This document shows positions 47,101 to 60,400 of a stretch of DNA of 64,000 nt, piece by piece. The number at the start of each line of letters is the position of its first letter. Position 1 is the stretch's first letter. Location: contig JBLDXI010000009.1 in NCBI GenBank assembly GCA_047495785.1, positions 5,146,001 through 5,210,000 on the forward strand. The letters run 5' to 3'. The notes under the pieces were generated by a model that was not told the DNA's origin, did not search any database, and was given only the letters and a program-made list of their open reading frames with translations. The stretch is from Lepidodermella squamata (taxonomy: Eukaryota > Animalia > Gastrotricha). The position numbers were made by a program, and so were the translations under genes.

Positions 47101-50100
47101 TTATTTACGAAAAAGTTCAGGCGCACACTGTTATCATTAGTAGGCTTATAGCCGACGCCCTATGACGTTCATCTTTTGTTTGAATATTGTGATGTTGACG
47201 GTATCGGGGAAGGTATCGCGTGGCAGGTCGTTCCATTGATTGACGATCTCTTGCATTCTTCGAAAATCTCATTTTTTATATCTCATTTTATATCTCAACA
47301 TGGATAAACTAGTTTTCTTCGTCGATTTTTCAAAAATTTCCCGAAAGAGCCAACCGCGGCAGAAGAATGGCAGATTTGCCGAAAATCTGCAAAAACGGCT
47401 GTTTTCACCAAATTCTAGAAAATTAACTTTGTGAGCCTGCACGATGTACCTGGGCTCATTCGATAGAATGCGAATTCTATTATTCATCTACTGAAAATGC
47501 TGGAAAAACGCTAAGCTGAAATCGACTGAAGTCATTTGCCGGCTTATTTTAGCCTGATTATTTCAGCTTATTTCGTGCTGTTCTGGGTTGTACGCAAAAA
47601 GATACAGCTTCCGCCACGGAATTTATCGCATTTCTTTATTGTTGTGTTATTTATTTTTCAGCTCGACTTGTTTCATATATCCTGGCAAGAGCGACTTGTA
47701 TCTGGAGTATTTTGACAGCGTACACCCACAGGTCAGCTATCCTATATAATTGAACATGTCACCTTTTATCAACATCGTTCTTCTTTCATGTTGGAAATTT
47801 CCATGATTTTCTGTCTGTGAATGCTACAACAGGGCATTTATCGCGAGTTGGCGAATGTTATCGGCGTGGTAATTATTCCTATCAGCATCTTGATTTAGAT
47901 AATAAATGATAAATGATTCTCTGATTCTCTGAAGCCGTTTGAGCACTCTCGCCCGGATCGGGACCAGTACATTAACGTCTTGAGCAGTAATGGGTAATAT
48001 TATGCTAACGAAAAATGGTGCGCGCAGGTCAATTGTGATTTAAACATAGGTGGCCGACTGATAAACAGCCAGACTTCAACGATCACGGTGTGCCATTCGA
48101 CTATGCCTCGGTCACCATGTCTCATCCTACTATGTTTGGCGGCGTTTTCCAGCCGAAAGACTGGCTATATGTCGGGGCGATGAACGGAGCCCTACCGACT
48201 TTCAATAACATCAAATTTTTAAACATGATGTACGATTGCTTGGGTGAGTTTATTCATCACTAGCACTACTCAAATTAAGAAACACGCCTTATTGAATGTT
48301 TAGCAAAGTGCAATGGCACGGCTCCTGAATGCAAACATGGTGGCTATCGCGATCCGAAAGCTTGCGATCGGTGCAGATGCCCGCCCGGGTTCGGCGGTAA
48401 AACTTGCGAATCGTTGCCGCCATTTGAGGGTGAAACCTGTGGCGGCGTGATCAATCTGCCGTCGTGCATTTCAGTGGCTATAGAATCGCCAAACTATCCG
48501 AACTCTTATCCTATGGGCAGCAGTTGTTCATGGCGCATATACAGCTCTACGGTGATTTATAGTCGGTGGCTATAATATAACGACTTTCACGTATATATTT
48601 TTATTTCAGCCTGGTAGTATGGTATTCGCCTTCGACGGAAAACCAGATTTAACTTCGGGAATAAGTACGTGTAACTACTCCTAAGGTTCTAATTTTGTGA
48701 ACAAACCTCTTCGTTATTATGTCATGTTTTTGAGTGATTGATGCTGAATCTTGTATTTTATGCTGAATTTTAGTGACTGAAGGTGTTTCTACTTACACCG
48801 ACACGTGTTTGGATTACGTTGAATTTCGTAATCCGGAAGATGGAACATTGCCTTATCCCCGATTTTGCTCGTATGGCGTTACTTCTGGTAAAATCTACGA
48901 GACGAACAACAACACAGCGGTTGTTTACTTCAAAGCCAACTCGAAGAGCCCAGGCAAGGGTTTCAGGCTCATAGCAAGATCCAGCTGCCCGACGGACAAC
49001 AAGCAAGAACTTCGGCTGACGGCGAGTGGTTACGACTACGAAGGCAAGGTTGCGGTGACGGCAAACGGCACGAATTGTCTGCCATGGCCGCCCATCACCG
49101 ACTGGGTTGCGCAATTCTATGAGATGCTGAAATATCCAAAGGGGCTTGTAAACGATTCGGCGAACTACCTTCGCAATCCAGAGTCCAAGTCGACTGGTCT
49201 CTACTGCAACACAGCTGATGGGCCGCAGAACGGCACAGATGTACCTGTTACTCCCTATGGTATTTCTTTGGCTTTTACTCTTACAAGAAGTTTTATTCTC
49301 AAGCTGAAATGACCTGATCGTTGAGTCGGTCGAATCCATAACTCATAAATTTTGTGTAGTCCCTGAAGTTGACTTTCGTTAACATTGTCACCGTCGCTGG
49401 TTAGAGAAGTAGAAAAGCAACCCCAATTCGCACTTGGTGTTCAAGAAATAATAAGCTGTTATGAATTGCGTTGCTAGTAATTATCGCGATTAAGCTTTTT
49501 CGAGCTAAAAGCTGAATAATATTAAACGAACACCGTGAAATGTAACGAGGCGAAATCCAGATGGGTATGGCTAACAAATTAGCGTTCGCCTCATTCACGA
49601 AACCAATTTTTTCCGGAGTCGAAACTGCAAGGAAAAAGGAATGACAAGGGAAACATTATTCATCTAATTCTTTATATTTTTCAGTAAACATCGCGAATTT
49701 AACATCGAGCAACTCAACGTCAGGCACGAATTCAACATCACCTTCACCGTCAGAAAATGTCCGCGTCCGATGCGGTTCGATAGCCACTAAGGAATTTGTC
49801 GCCTGCCGTCGCCAGTGCAACAACGCAACTGAATTCACATTCCTAAGCCATGGCACTGTTTTTGAAAGCAGATGCACCACTGCGGTAAATTTTTACATGT
49901 TGTATCATACTGAGTGCTATAAAAATGTTCGCTCTCATGGATTTTATTTAATTTAATAAATTTGTCATATTTATTTGTCATAATTTGTCATAATTATTTT
50001 CAGACCGCCCGAAAGTGTTATTCGCGAAGCACAGGCCTCAGGTGTGATGGCAAATGCGTTCCTAATGTTGAGCTGGAAGTAAGCTTATACACTTATTTTT

Positions 50101-50202
50101 AAATGAAGTCTTCTATGGCCTCTGATCAACCAGGTCACTGTGTACAACAAGTACATCCCGTTCAAGAAAAACATTGAGCTGTGCTTGGGATTGATCAAGT
50201 GA
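44150..50202 (+). CDS. Secreted astacin-like pseudo-metalloprotease A: signal peptide, astacin fold without zinc ligands, EGF, CUB, degenerate kringle, Cys-rich tail
   Basis: Exons 44150-44212, 44266-44349, 46601-46700, 46758-46878, 47662-47731, 47833-47868, 47935-47993, 48050-48243, 48304-48551, 48610-48664, 48774-49259, 49685-49884, 50004-50078 and 50134-50202, all GT-AG and in frame. An extra prodomain exon in 44350-46600 cannot be excluded. Motifs: RELANVIGVPFEHSRPDRD, FDYASVTM, CKHGGYRDPKACDRCRCPPGFGGKTCE, CGG...SPNYPNSYP...CSWRI and GYDYEG...TANGTNCLPW...NYLRNP. Confidence 0.88.
44807..45168. mobile_element. Probable Tc1/mariner-type MITE in intron 2 of pseudo-astacin A
   Basis: TA|CAGGGTGGTT ... 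AACCACCCTG forms a 10-bp TIR. The right-hand TA is not preserved. Confidence 0.5.
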
Positions 50203-52688
50203 GTCGGAAAATGCGCCACTACAAGCTTGAGAAATATACATACTTTCAATGAGCCATAAAATAACAACTATTTTCTGATTAATTATTTTTTTTGGTTTTC
50301 CAAGCCTCAAAAAACAGCCTGTGTGCTCTATGTTGTTCCTGATCAATAGAGTTGACCGCAATCTTCTTTCCTATCTTTATGTTGCTCCTAATGAAATCGT
50401 CTGCTCAATAAATATTCTCTTTTCGCGGTTCGTGAGCATTTTCCCCAGAAGGCTGTTAATTAATTAATTTTATTTATTTATATTTGACTTGCAATTATCG
50501 CACTTGCGATTGTAGCAAACAGTAAAACAGAAAAAGAAAGATAATTTTTCACGTATTACGGCGCCTCACTGACGACACAAGATGTTTATCAATATCAATA
50601 TTCATAAGAAATTTTTTAAATGAATTGAGGCTAGAATTAACATTTTCGATGTAGAAAGTATTCCAAACATTAACAATTCGTCTGTCAATTGAGGTGCTCG
50701 AGTATTATGCCGAGCTCATTGAGTTCAAATCTACAAAGGAATAGTTTGTCCTTTTGCTTCTGCGTCCAATTTAGATTTTTGTCGGCAATAAAATATTCGC
50801 AATATACGCACGGCCAAACAGGCCTTCATGCATTAATTTTTGGTGAATTTCTGATGAATTTTAACTTCAAATTTACCTTTTTCAACATCAATTTACTTTT
50901 TCTTTTTTCTATCATCAAACTCTTTTTTTCGACAGCAAACTTCAGAAATTATTATTTGAAAGAAAAATATACTTTCCTGGTTGTGGGTTTTAAGTGTTAT
51001 GTAAGACCCCGGGTGATACTAGCGGGGTACAGACTCGTACCAAAGCAACAAACGAAGGTGATCATATTAACAATTGATTTTTGACGTGCGATTTTTTGCG
51101 CGTGCAGAAGACACGTGCTGCGCAGGAAAAGTCGCCTTAATGCTCGAAATAGGCAATACTTACTTTTTTCTAGGGTAAAACTACGGATTTTAAAAATTAT
51201 CCAAGCTTGACGAATTACTTTGTCCCACGGCGACCATGACGGCGACAGGACCTGATAGCTGTGACTTGAAATTCCTGGAAATTTTCTTGCTGAGAATGTT
51301 AAAATGCTGAAATTATCGATTCCTGTTGAAGTTTTCCAGCCGCGTTTTAAATAGTTTTGAATCACGAATCACGGCCAGCTTGAAAATGTCGCAAAATTAA
51401 TTACCGTATTTTATCGAACAGTATCCAACCTCAAATTATTGCCCCCTGGAATAATGAATAATAGCCACAAAAATTCATCCAAATATTGGGTCCAACGGTT
51501 AATAATAGCCCACCTCGAATAATAGCCACATTCCAATAACAAGAGGTCTAATATGATCAGCTCATGTAGTAAGAATGGGGGAGATGGCTAGCGTGCCAGA
51601 AGAAAATTGAGACGTATAGAGAAGAGAAAGTGCGACAACGAGGAAGATAACTACAGAGCATTTAAGCTTAATTACAGCGACAAAGAGGAATATATTCAAG
51701 CTAAAACATTTTAATGGGTGATCCTGGCGGGCCAATTTTTCTACCACAGGTAGCTGTTAGGTATGGCTAACGCTAGTTTAAATTTTGTTCTTATCGGATC
51801 GTTCATTGCTGCGTAACAAAAATTGCAAATTTACAATTTTCCTTCGATCACAACGCTCTAGATATAAGACACATTTTATATCCACATTGATCGCAAAATT
51901 CTAAAAAGTTCATTTTATGGTCATACTGAAGAAACCTAAATTATGCTCCATTTTTCACTCGTATGAACTCGCAGACGCGTTGTTATTACGAATCGCCTGT
52001 TGTTAGTTGACAAATGTTTAACGCCGAACTTTTTTCCTCATTCATTATTTATTTTCTTCATGATTTCACCGGACGCTGTAATCGGTCTGTTTTCACGGCC
52101 ATGATAGAGAATCCGTTTCAGACAATTATTACTGCGTATTGGGCCTGAATTTCAGTGAAAAATACGAGAGAACAAAAACAACCCGTACCATGAGACGTAT
52201 TTGTGGACGGATGCTGGACTTGGTTGATTTTTGGCTGAGCCTAGAAAACGCGTGTATGCAAAAATTCAGCCCGCCCTGCCCTGTTGACTTGGACGATAAA
52301 AATGCGCAAATTTTTAATTGAAAAAAAATTAAACATTTTGAAAAAGCACGCCGCGTTCATTAAAGATTTTGAATTTAGCGCCAAAATCAACAAGTTTATT
52401 CGAATTCGACAATAAACAGACGTAGATCTTTTCGCGATGCTTTTCAGGCAACAAATAGGCCTAGTCCAGCGTCCGTCCACATTTAGGTCACTTGGTCGTG
52501 CGCGCGTGTTTGCTGCTTAACAAAAAACAGATGTTTACGTGATTCGCTTGACAATCGCTTACAATCACACGCGCTATTTTTCACCATGCGCCCACTGCGC
52601 CGTACTGTTCGTCCGGTTTTATCGGGTAGAAGCTTGAATGAATTTTACTATAACGCGCTTTCAAGTCATCTATTTAGTTTTTATTTTA

Positions 52689-54399
52689 GGAAGTGGCTAT
52701 CTACACCCCCCAGTGGGTGTCAATAACTGACTATTTACACCCACTGGGTGTCAATAACTTGCTATTTGCACCCACCTGCTGGGTCGCATTAACTTGCTAT
52801 TTACACCCACCAGTTTATAGCTAATCTTCAGCTATTTTCACAGGGTGGCTATGATTTTAAGCTGTCTTTCCAGAGAGACTGTTATCGTTTTTGGTTTTGT
52901 TTGTTATTGCGATAAATTTCGTCCATCTACAAAGAGTCCATGTGATACATGCCTGTAGCAAGAAGTGGTACCTGTTTCATATCAAACATTAGTTCAAAAC
53001 TCCTCAATCATCGTCCGTCTTAACTTAGGTTACGATTTCTTCTCATTGATAATTCTTCATAAATTTACGAACAGCTCTATAGGCACCTGGTTTCCAATTA
53101 TGCGAAATTATTTGTCGCATTACCATATCGTTAGCGTCGTTGAATGATGACTCGGATTTAGGCTTTTTTAGTTTACTTCAGTTTTAAGGTGACAGTTAAA
53201 AGGTGGCGTTTTTCGCTTCGATTTGACGCAGTTTTTACGTCATCTTCAAACTAAAAAATAAACAACCCAAATCCGAGTTATTCAACGACAATAACAATGC
53301 GCAAGCTCGCTAGCGCGTCGGTATTTGTCGCTTCGGTATCGCGACATTTTTCACTCGCGAGTTTTTTCAGCTTCAGGAGGGCGTCAAGGCTTGGCCGTTG
53401 CATATATCGGCCCAACGTTTTGCAATTTTGAAGTTCAAAATCAGGTCTATTCACCATAAAAAGGGGAGTCCGATATGAAGTAGTACAGCCGGAGAAAAGC
53501 TTTGGGTTTGCGCGAGCAGAGTGCGCATTTTGTGAGCTTTTTTTGAAAAGGTCCTGCTTAAACGCTAGCTTAATGAAAACCGCTTCGAATTCATGTTTCA
53601 AGTTTCTAGCGTGAGTTTCCCATCTTTTACTTATGTTCTCTATGACTTCAAGTCTCACGTGATGCGCATCATGTGTAATTTTTCAACGAAAATTCTTATA
53701 ATTCATCTATTTTTCTCTGATAAGGTTTCCGAAACTGCCCTAACCCTGGAATATAGATTTTGATTTACCGATTTCTTATCGAGAAGACGGCTGATCATCC
53801 CTAACGTCTGATCAATGACCCCGCCAATACGTTTTGATCCCTTGCGAATTTTCGGCGGATAAAAGCTGGGTTAGCCGCGCAATATTGATAGTCTCGAAAC
53901 CGCCTCATTTAAAATGTCTTTTCTGCTCCAACAAACTTGTTCGCTTTGCCCACGAGCAATGTTATTTTCTTTGATTCACTGTCGTTAATGCAATGTAGGT
54001 TTTTGTTGACTAATTTCACCGTGGCAGCAATTATAACATCGCGATAATTGGTGTAATAATGTCAAGAACTTAAATCGGAAATTCATGCAAATCTATGATA
54101 CTTGATCTATGATAAATAATGGTCCAAATACTAAGGCTATTTCCATTTCAACATCGCAACACAATTTCTCATGAACATTAATGCCTTATTACCTTCAAAA
54201 CTTAAATTTTTACTGTTTTCTGAGCTAAAACTAAGGTAAAACCAGTGGGTGTAAATAGCAAGTTAACGCGACCCAGCAGGTGGGTGCAAATAGCAAGGAT
54301 TAGACACCCAGTGGGTGTAAATAGCAAGTTATTGACACCCAGTGGGTGTAAATAGTCACTTATTGACACCCACTACGGGGGGTGTTGTTAGCCACGACC
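52689..54399. mobile_element. Non-autonomous Mutator/foldback-like element (1.7 kb) with a 9-bp TSD, 100 bp upstream of the pseudo-astacin B ATG
   Basis: TSD TTTATTTTA lies at 52680-52688 and 54400-54408. Termini are GGAAGTGGCTA / TAGCCACGACC. The ~125-160-bp TIRs are built from ~30-bp units (TGGGTGTCAATAACTTGCTATTTACACCCAC), with one extra unit on the right. No intact transposase inside. Confidence 0.85.
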
Positions 54400-54499
54400 T
54401 TTATTTTAATAACAAATTGATAATTTTGCCTACCCGGGACTAATATTCTCAAAAACCTTGCTTACGTTTTAAGTAAATTTCAGTTTGTTTATTATTATT

Positions 54500-57400
54500 A
54501 TGCGATCAGTTGCCTACTTCGCCGTGGTGCTTGCAGCTCTTGCGATCGCTGAAGAGGTGGGAGACTCGCATTTCATCAATATTGGGCACTTGCTGATTAA
54601 ATTGTGTTACCTATTCAATTATAATAACAGTTGCCGGTTTTTGATCGCGAGAAAATCCATCGAGTTTTAGATTCACGAATAAACTCCAATGAAACAAGGG
54701 TGAGTTCAACAATCTCTCCTATTTTGCTCTATATTCTTTTTAGATATTCTCTACTTCTCTGTTTGCCTTTGATTGCAAACACCCCCTATTTTATGTTATC
54801 CCATTTAGCCCCATCATTGCGTTTTGTCTGCCAGTTATCTATGCGAAATTGTTTGCCGATTTTCATAATTTTAACTGAATTTTCGGGCAATATTAGTTCC
54901 GTTTGCCGGTTGCGCAATCGGGCGATAAATTATTTTCTCTTTTCTAATTAGATTTATAATAGCAATAGCAGGGACCGGCCCTTCGGTCCGGCCATCCAAA
55001 ATAAAAATAGAAAATCCGCAAAGAAAGCAGATAACTTTCTCCTTTCTTTTTTTTTTCTTACGCATTCGAGGAAAAACATATTACTCTAGGCGAAGCTCTC
55101 ATAATATCATAATAAGAAGTTGATTTCTTAAGGTCACATTTTACACCCCGAAAATCACCTGTCACATTTTTCCATTAAAATTGCCGTATAACTCTGAAAC
55201 TTCGCAAAATTACAGCTAATCAATTTTCTATAATTTTTTGAACGGGTTTGACAACAATAAACGTTAATTTGCGATTTCGTTCTCAAAATCCGGAAGGATT
55301 TTAATAGATTTTAATTGCAGTGTCGAGTCCATACAGCATTAGTCCCAAGAAAAAATGTGTTTCTTCATATTGATTATTGTTCGAGGTTAGAACATGGGAC
55401 AGGCTGTAGTATGTCGATCTCTACTCTATTTTTTTTTAAGTCGTTGCCCCTTTATTCTGCCTCGTTTTTCATTTTGTGATCAAATCGTGTATTTCAGAGG
55501 CCTGACGATGGTTATGTGTTCGATGATACTACGCCTCTAAACGCTACGTCTTTCAGCGCAATTCAACTGCTCAACGATCACAACATGTTGGCCGAAAGTC
55601 GCAAGGCCGGAGATTCTGATTCCGCCCCGATAGTCGCAGCTGCCGCACCGAACACTTGGAACTTACCACTGAGTATCTTTTTCTCGACTTTTGGTTAGCT
55701 GGATGAGGCTTTCTTAGATTTTATCTTATTGATTTGAGTACCTTTCAGATCAAACCTTTATCGATGAGTACACAGCGGGTCTAGAATTTTACAAGCGGGA
55801 GACGTGTTTCGACTACATAATTTCGGATCGCACTAACGTTAGCTCGATAGTAGCAGTAAAGCCGTATTCGCAGTATGCTTTTTAGTTGAATTAATTTGAA
55901 TTCATTTTAGTCAAATTAGAATCTTTTCTATCCACCATTTTGATTGTTCTATATTTTCTAAAATTAGTTTCAGCTCTTTGTCCCCTTGGGCAGATTTTAC
56001 CTGTCAACCGGCCCTCCTCCTTAGCGTCAGGTGAAGGGGTTTCTAAGCACATTTACGGATCCGCGGTGGTTTCCTCCGGCCACTAAAATGCCGTGATTTG
56101 CTAGTTTTCCATAACAATTATTTGCTCGCACACTTTTGGCCGGTTCAAAAATTAACGCGAGAATCGCACTAATGCCGCTGCGAAACAAAATAACCGTCGA
56201 CTTGGCAAATTCAAAATTATTGACGCATTTGACCCTAGCGGAAAATTAGAAAAAATTGGAAAAATAACAAAAATTATCAATTGGAAGCGCTGACCAATGG
56301 ATGCAGTCAGGGTGGCCAAAAAATCCTGCAGAGCGAGAATTCGATGGGCATCATTTTAATGAGGAGTTTCAAGAAATTGAGGACTTCCATTGGAAAAAGA
56401 ATGCTTGAAATTCTTCAACTTCTTGAAGCTCCTCATTAAATTGATGCGCATCGAATTCCCGCTCTGCAAAATGTTTTGGCCACCGTGTAATTCAGCTGCA
56501 CTCGATGATGAAATCAAAAATATGCTTGTTATCACCATTTTCAATCCTGAACGCAGCTTTAGGAAGACTTTGAATATCAATAAATGTTTGATAAAATCGA
56601 CATTTTGTTCGCTATTCAAGGAGGAGGTTGTCATATTACTGTCATTACAGTATGGCAGTTTACGTTCATTCACGCTGCCTTCGTGGCTTTATTCGTTTCT
56701 TTTCTACAGTAATATCACATTGCAATAAACTTAGTTTTTTTGCAACACGCAAACACTCCGCCATCCACAAAATGATTAATAAGGTCACTCCATCAAAATG
56801 ATTAATGGAAATAGACAACAAATAGGATAGTATACTTTCCACCTGTAAATTGAAAATTAAAAGTAAATTTGTGACCATCATCGATGTGAAAGCAGAAAAT
56901 TGATAATGGATAATTTTTTTATATTATGAATAATGCCGAGGCATGACATTTTTGAATTTAAATAGATCAAATTGCTTGCAAATCGATTTCTTCACAAATT
57001 TTTCAAGAATATTAACAATTGAAGTAAAACGCGGGATTTAGCTGAGCAAAAAGATAGAGCTGGAATTAAGGTTTTTTTTAAAGAGCCAACAGTTATTTTT
57101 CAAAACTGCGATCATTTTGCTGTAAAAGCCACCCAAACACAGCGTGGAGAGGGTGTTCATGCGCTCTGGATGAAAATTATCCTCTAAGCCGGAAGTTGAT
57201 CACTAAAATCAGTCCGTTATGATAGTCATAATGCATAGATGCAAGTCCGGCTTATGATAGCCCGGCTTATTGCAACCATTTGCATGTAAAACGCCATTCT
57301 GCGGCACAAGCCAAGCAAAATGGTCCGGCTAATGATCGTCCGGCTTAACGCAAAACTACTGTAATTTCACGCGGATTAAATATAAAAAATATCGGAAAAA

Positions 57401-60400
57401 CTGACCATTCTACATCGCTACAAGAACACGACGTGATCATGATTATACATCTGTTACGAAAAATGACAGAAAACAATAGGGTAAACCGCCCTAATTCTGC
57501 ATAAAAAATGTCGTCCGACTTTGACGCGATCGTTCTCGGCCGCCTTGAGGTATTTTGAAATTTCCTTTTAGGGGTAGGTGGGTCCGACCCTCAATTGCGT
57601 AACCCCAAAAGGAGAAATTCGGGCGACGCACCGTTTGCGCGCAGCAGCTGTCGCACGCGAGTGAGCGCCGGTTATGCAGCATTAGGATCATTGTCGCAAT
57701 TTTGCATAAAATTTTGATTTTCTGGCCAAAATTGCATACTCGTTCAATTTTAATATTTTTTTCTCGGCCTTCTCATGAATTGGGTAAAATTTCATGCTGA
57801 ATACGCTGGTCACATCAGATTTCATTTTGTTCTAATTTTTATTGTGGATTTTGAAGTCGCAAGAATAGCTTGCGAGCTTCGCCATAAAAATGGCGAATCC
57901 TCTGCTGTTTGCTGGTTGAGCCTCCATCTAATTTTTCCTTATTCAAAAAATCTTAACGTCCAAAACGTCGATGTGAAAAATATATCTAAACCAAACAGCA
58001 TTGCTTGACTAACCAGTTGAAGAGCTCTTGGAGATGGCGTTTACTGGAGTTGGTATATTGGCTGACTCAGTTAGAAGGAGTAAGCATTTCCGGGGAAAAA
58101 CAATCCACCAAATCCGGTCGAATGACTGGCGCCGTTCCAATACCTCGTGGTCGAAAGGCTGTGTTCATATTTCAGTAATGTTCTGACCAGCTGATGTTCA
58201 TGGCTAAATGTGAAAATGTCAAACGGCGCCCCTGACCAGGCGCCGTTTGAGGCAAGTCGCGTTCGAAGTTGCGAGACAGGAGAAGGTGAAACACCAGTTC
58301 AAGGATGGCACAGTGGACCAATAAATGGCTCCGGGGCTTTAGGTACTTGCCTGATGATGCTGTTGGGGCCCAAGCCCGGTTTAGGCCTGTACCCGTTTGG
58401 GTAACGGGTAACGGCGCTTTGCCACGCCGCGCTCGAGTGTCCGTATAACGTGCCCGTTACGACTTCGGCTATACTAATGTGGACCTCCTGAACCTGGCCC
58501 TAGTTTGGACCGCACCTGTTTTCATCGGTTTCATACCGGTGCCCGAGCACGGCGGAGTTAAGCGCGCGCACAATACGCGGGCCCGCCTAAAGTTCTCTCC
58601 GCCGCTCTCGGGTTGTCACCTGCGCTTGTCCACTGATGCGATATTTGTTCAAATTCATTTGATTTAGCATGAACGTTGCATGCGGGTAGTATTTGAAGCG
58701 ACCCGAGCGCGGACAAACTAAAAACAGTTTCCCGCATGCCAGAGCGCGAACGTGCACAACTCGGACTTCAAAATCCACAATAAAAATTAGAACAACATGA
58801 AATCTGATGTGACCAGCGTATTCAGCGTGAGAAGGCCGAGAAAAAAATATTAAAATTGAACGAGTATGCAATTTTGGCCAGAAAATCAAAATTTTATGCA
58901 AAATTGCGACAATGATCCTAATGCTGCATAACCGGCGCTCACTCGCGTGCGACAGCTGCTGCGCGCAAACGGTGCGTCGCCCGAATTTCTCCTTTTGGGG
59001 TTACGCAATTGAGGGTCGGACCCACCTACCCCTAAAAGGAAATTTCAAAATACCTCAAGGCGGCCGAGAACGATCGCGTCAAAGTCGGACGACATTTTTA
59101 TGCAGAATTAGGGCGGTTTACCCTAATTCGCTTTCGTTACCAACTACTGAAATTGATTTCCGATTGTTTAGATCGTCCAGCTCGGAAATTCCTGGTCCAA
59201 GATACGAATATTGGTTCCTCGCGGACGGCGTAAACCCACAGGTCAGTTTGTCAAAATATTCATTTTTTCCCGCATCTTATTGGGCACAGCAGCAGGATAG
59301 TAGTGACAGGGTACCTCTGGCACTGGGCTGCCGAGAAGGATAATGTTAGATCTATCTATGATCTACTGGGAAGGGCCGAACCGAGTCTGCAATTTTCGCC
59401 GTCCGTGCCTAGAAAAGTATCGTCCAATGTCCAAAATACGAGATGAATCGGGAAAACGTATTTTTACATCTTTGCAAATCTCGCAACTAATAGAGAATAC
59501 GCGGTTAAAGTTTCAAGCCGCCGGTTCGGTTAATCGAAAATTGCTGACCAACAAACTGGGTAAATCAAAGACTTTATTTTTAGATTGTTCAAATTGAACG
59601 TTTTTGCATAACAATAGCTCCTAAACCGTAGCCATAGCTAGAGGGTTTTTTTTATTCGTAACACTTTGAACAGTATTCTGTATTCTGTATCTGTATTCTG
59701 TATTCTGTAACGTTGTCTTATTTCGACCAAAAACCTGTTTTTCAGGGTTAATTTTGTGAGATGAGCGAATTCTTTCACGTACTTTGCGCCAAAAGATGCC
59801 CCTTGAAAAACTGCATATGCTAGTGTTAATCACGGTAAAAGTATACTTTCTGCGAAATATACCTGCACAAGTATTCACGGGAAACTGACTCGGCTAATTT
59901 CGGACACAACTAGGGTAATGTCGGACAGCTCAGTGTGAAATTAAGATTAGGGCCAAAGTTCACATTAAAGCGAGATAAATTTGTGAGCAGATTTAAAAAG
60001 AAAAAATAAATTGCATGTTGAGGGATTTGAACCCCCGATAGCGAATTGGTGCTCTCAAAGAGGTTCAGTGCTCTTCTCACTAAAATATTAAAGTTAAAAA
60101 CTGTCAGGGTCGATTGAATTCGCTGTAGTTAGAGCAGGCTGTCCGAAATAAGCCGGGGTATATCGGTTTTTCTGGCGGAATTTCAGGCAAAATGCCTGGT
60201 ATAAATGTGTTCCAAACATGCCAACCTTACTGAATTCGATGCGCCCTTTCTTTTGCGCTTCTATCCGGCAAAATTTACTGCAATTTTTTACCTCAGCGCT
60301 CACCTGCGAAGAAGTGCAATCATTATTCGTGAACAAAGCCGTTTCTCATATTTCAGGTGTCATTTGAAAGACAAGTCTCTGGGCTATCTCCTGAATTTTG

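Noticed and set aside
52700-52812. ~30-bp repeated units resembling a CRISPR array (also 54245-54375)
   Set aside because: There are no unique spacers and no cas genes, and the context is eukaryotic. The units are the inverted sub-repeats of a transposon's TIRs.
54968-54995. GC-rich TTCG hairpin resembling a Helitron end or terminator; SINE-core-like GGTTTCCTCCGG near 56068
   Set aside because: Isolated short motifs with no supporting element boundaries.
57491-59343. Twin ORFs beginning MILMLHNRRSLACDSCC
   Set aside because: They are an artefact of the inverted repeat. Only 59172-59241 is a real exon.
60010-60085. Possible second tRNA gene (B-box GGTTCAAATCCC on the minus strand)
   Set aside because: No acceptor or anticodon stems can be formed. 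At most it is a tRNA-derived relic within a MITE.
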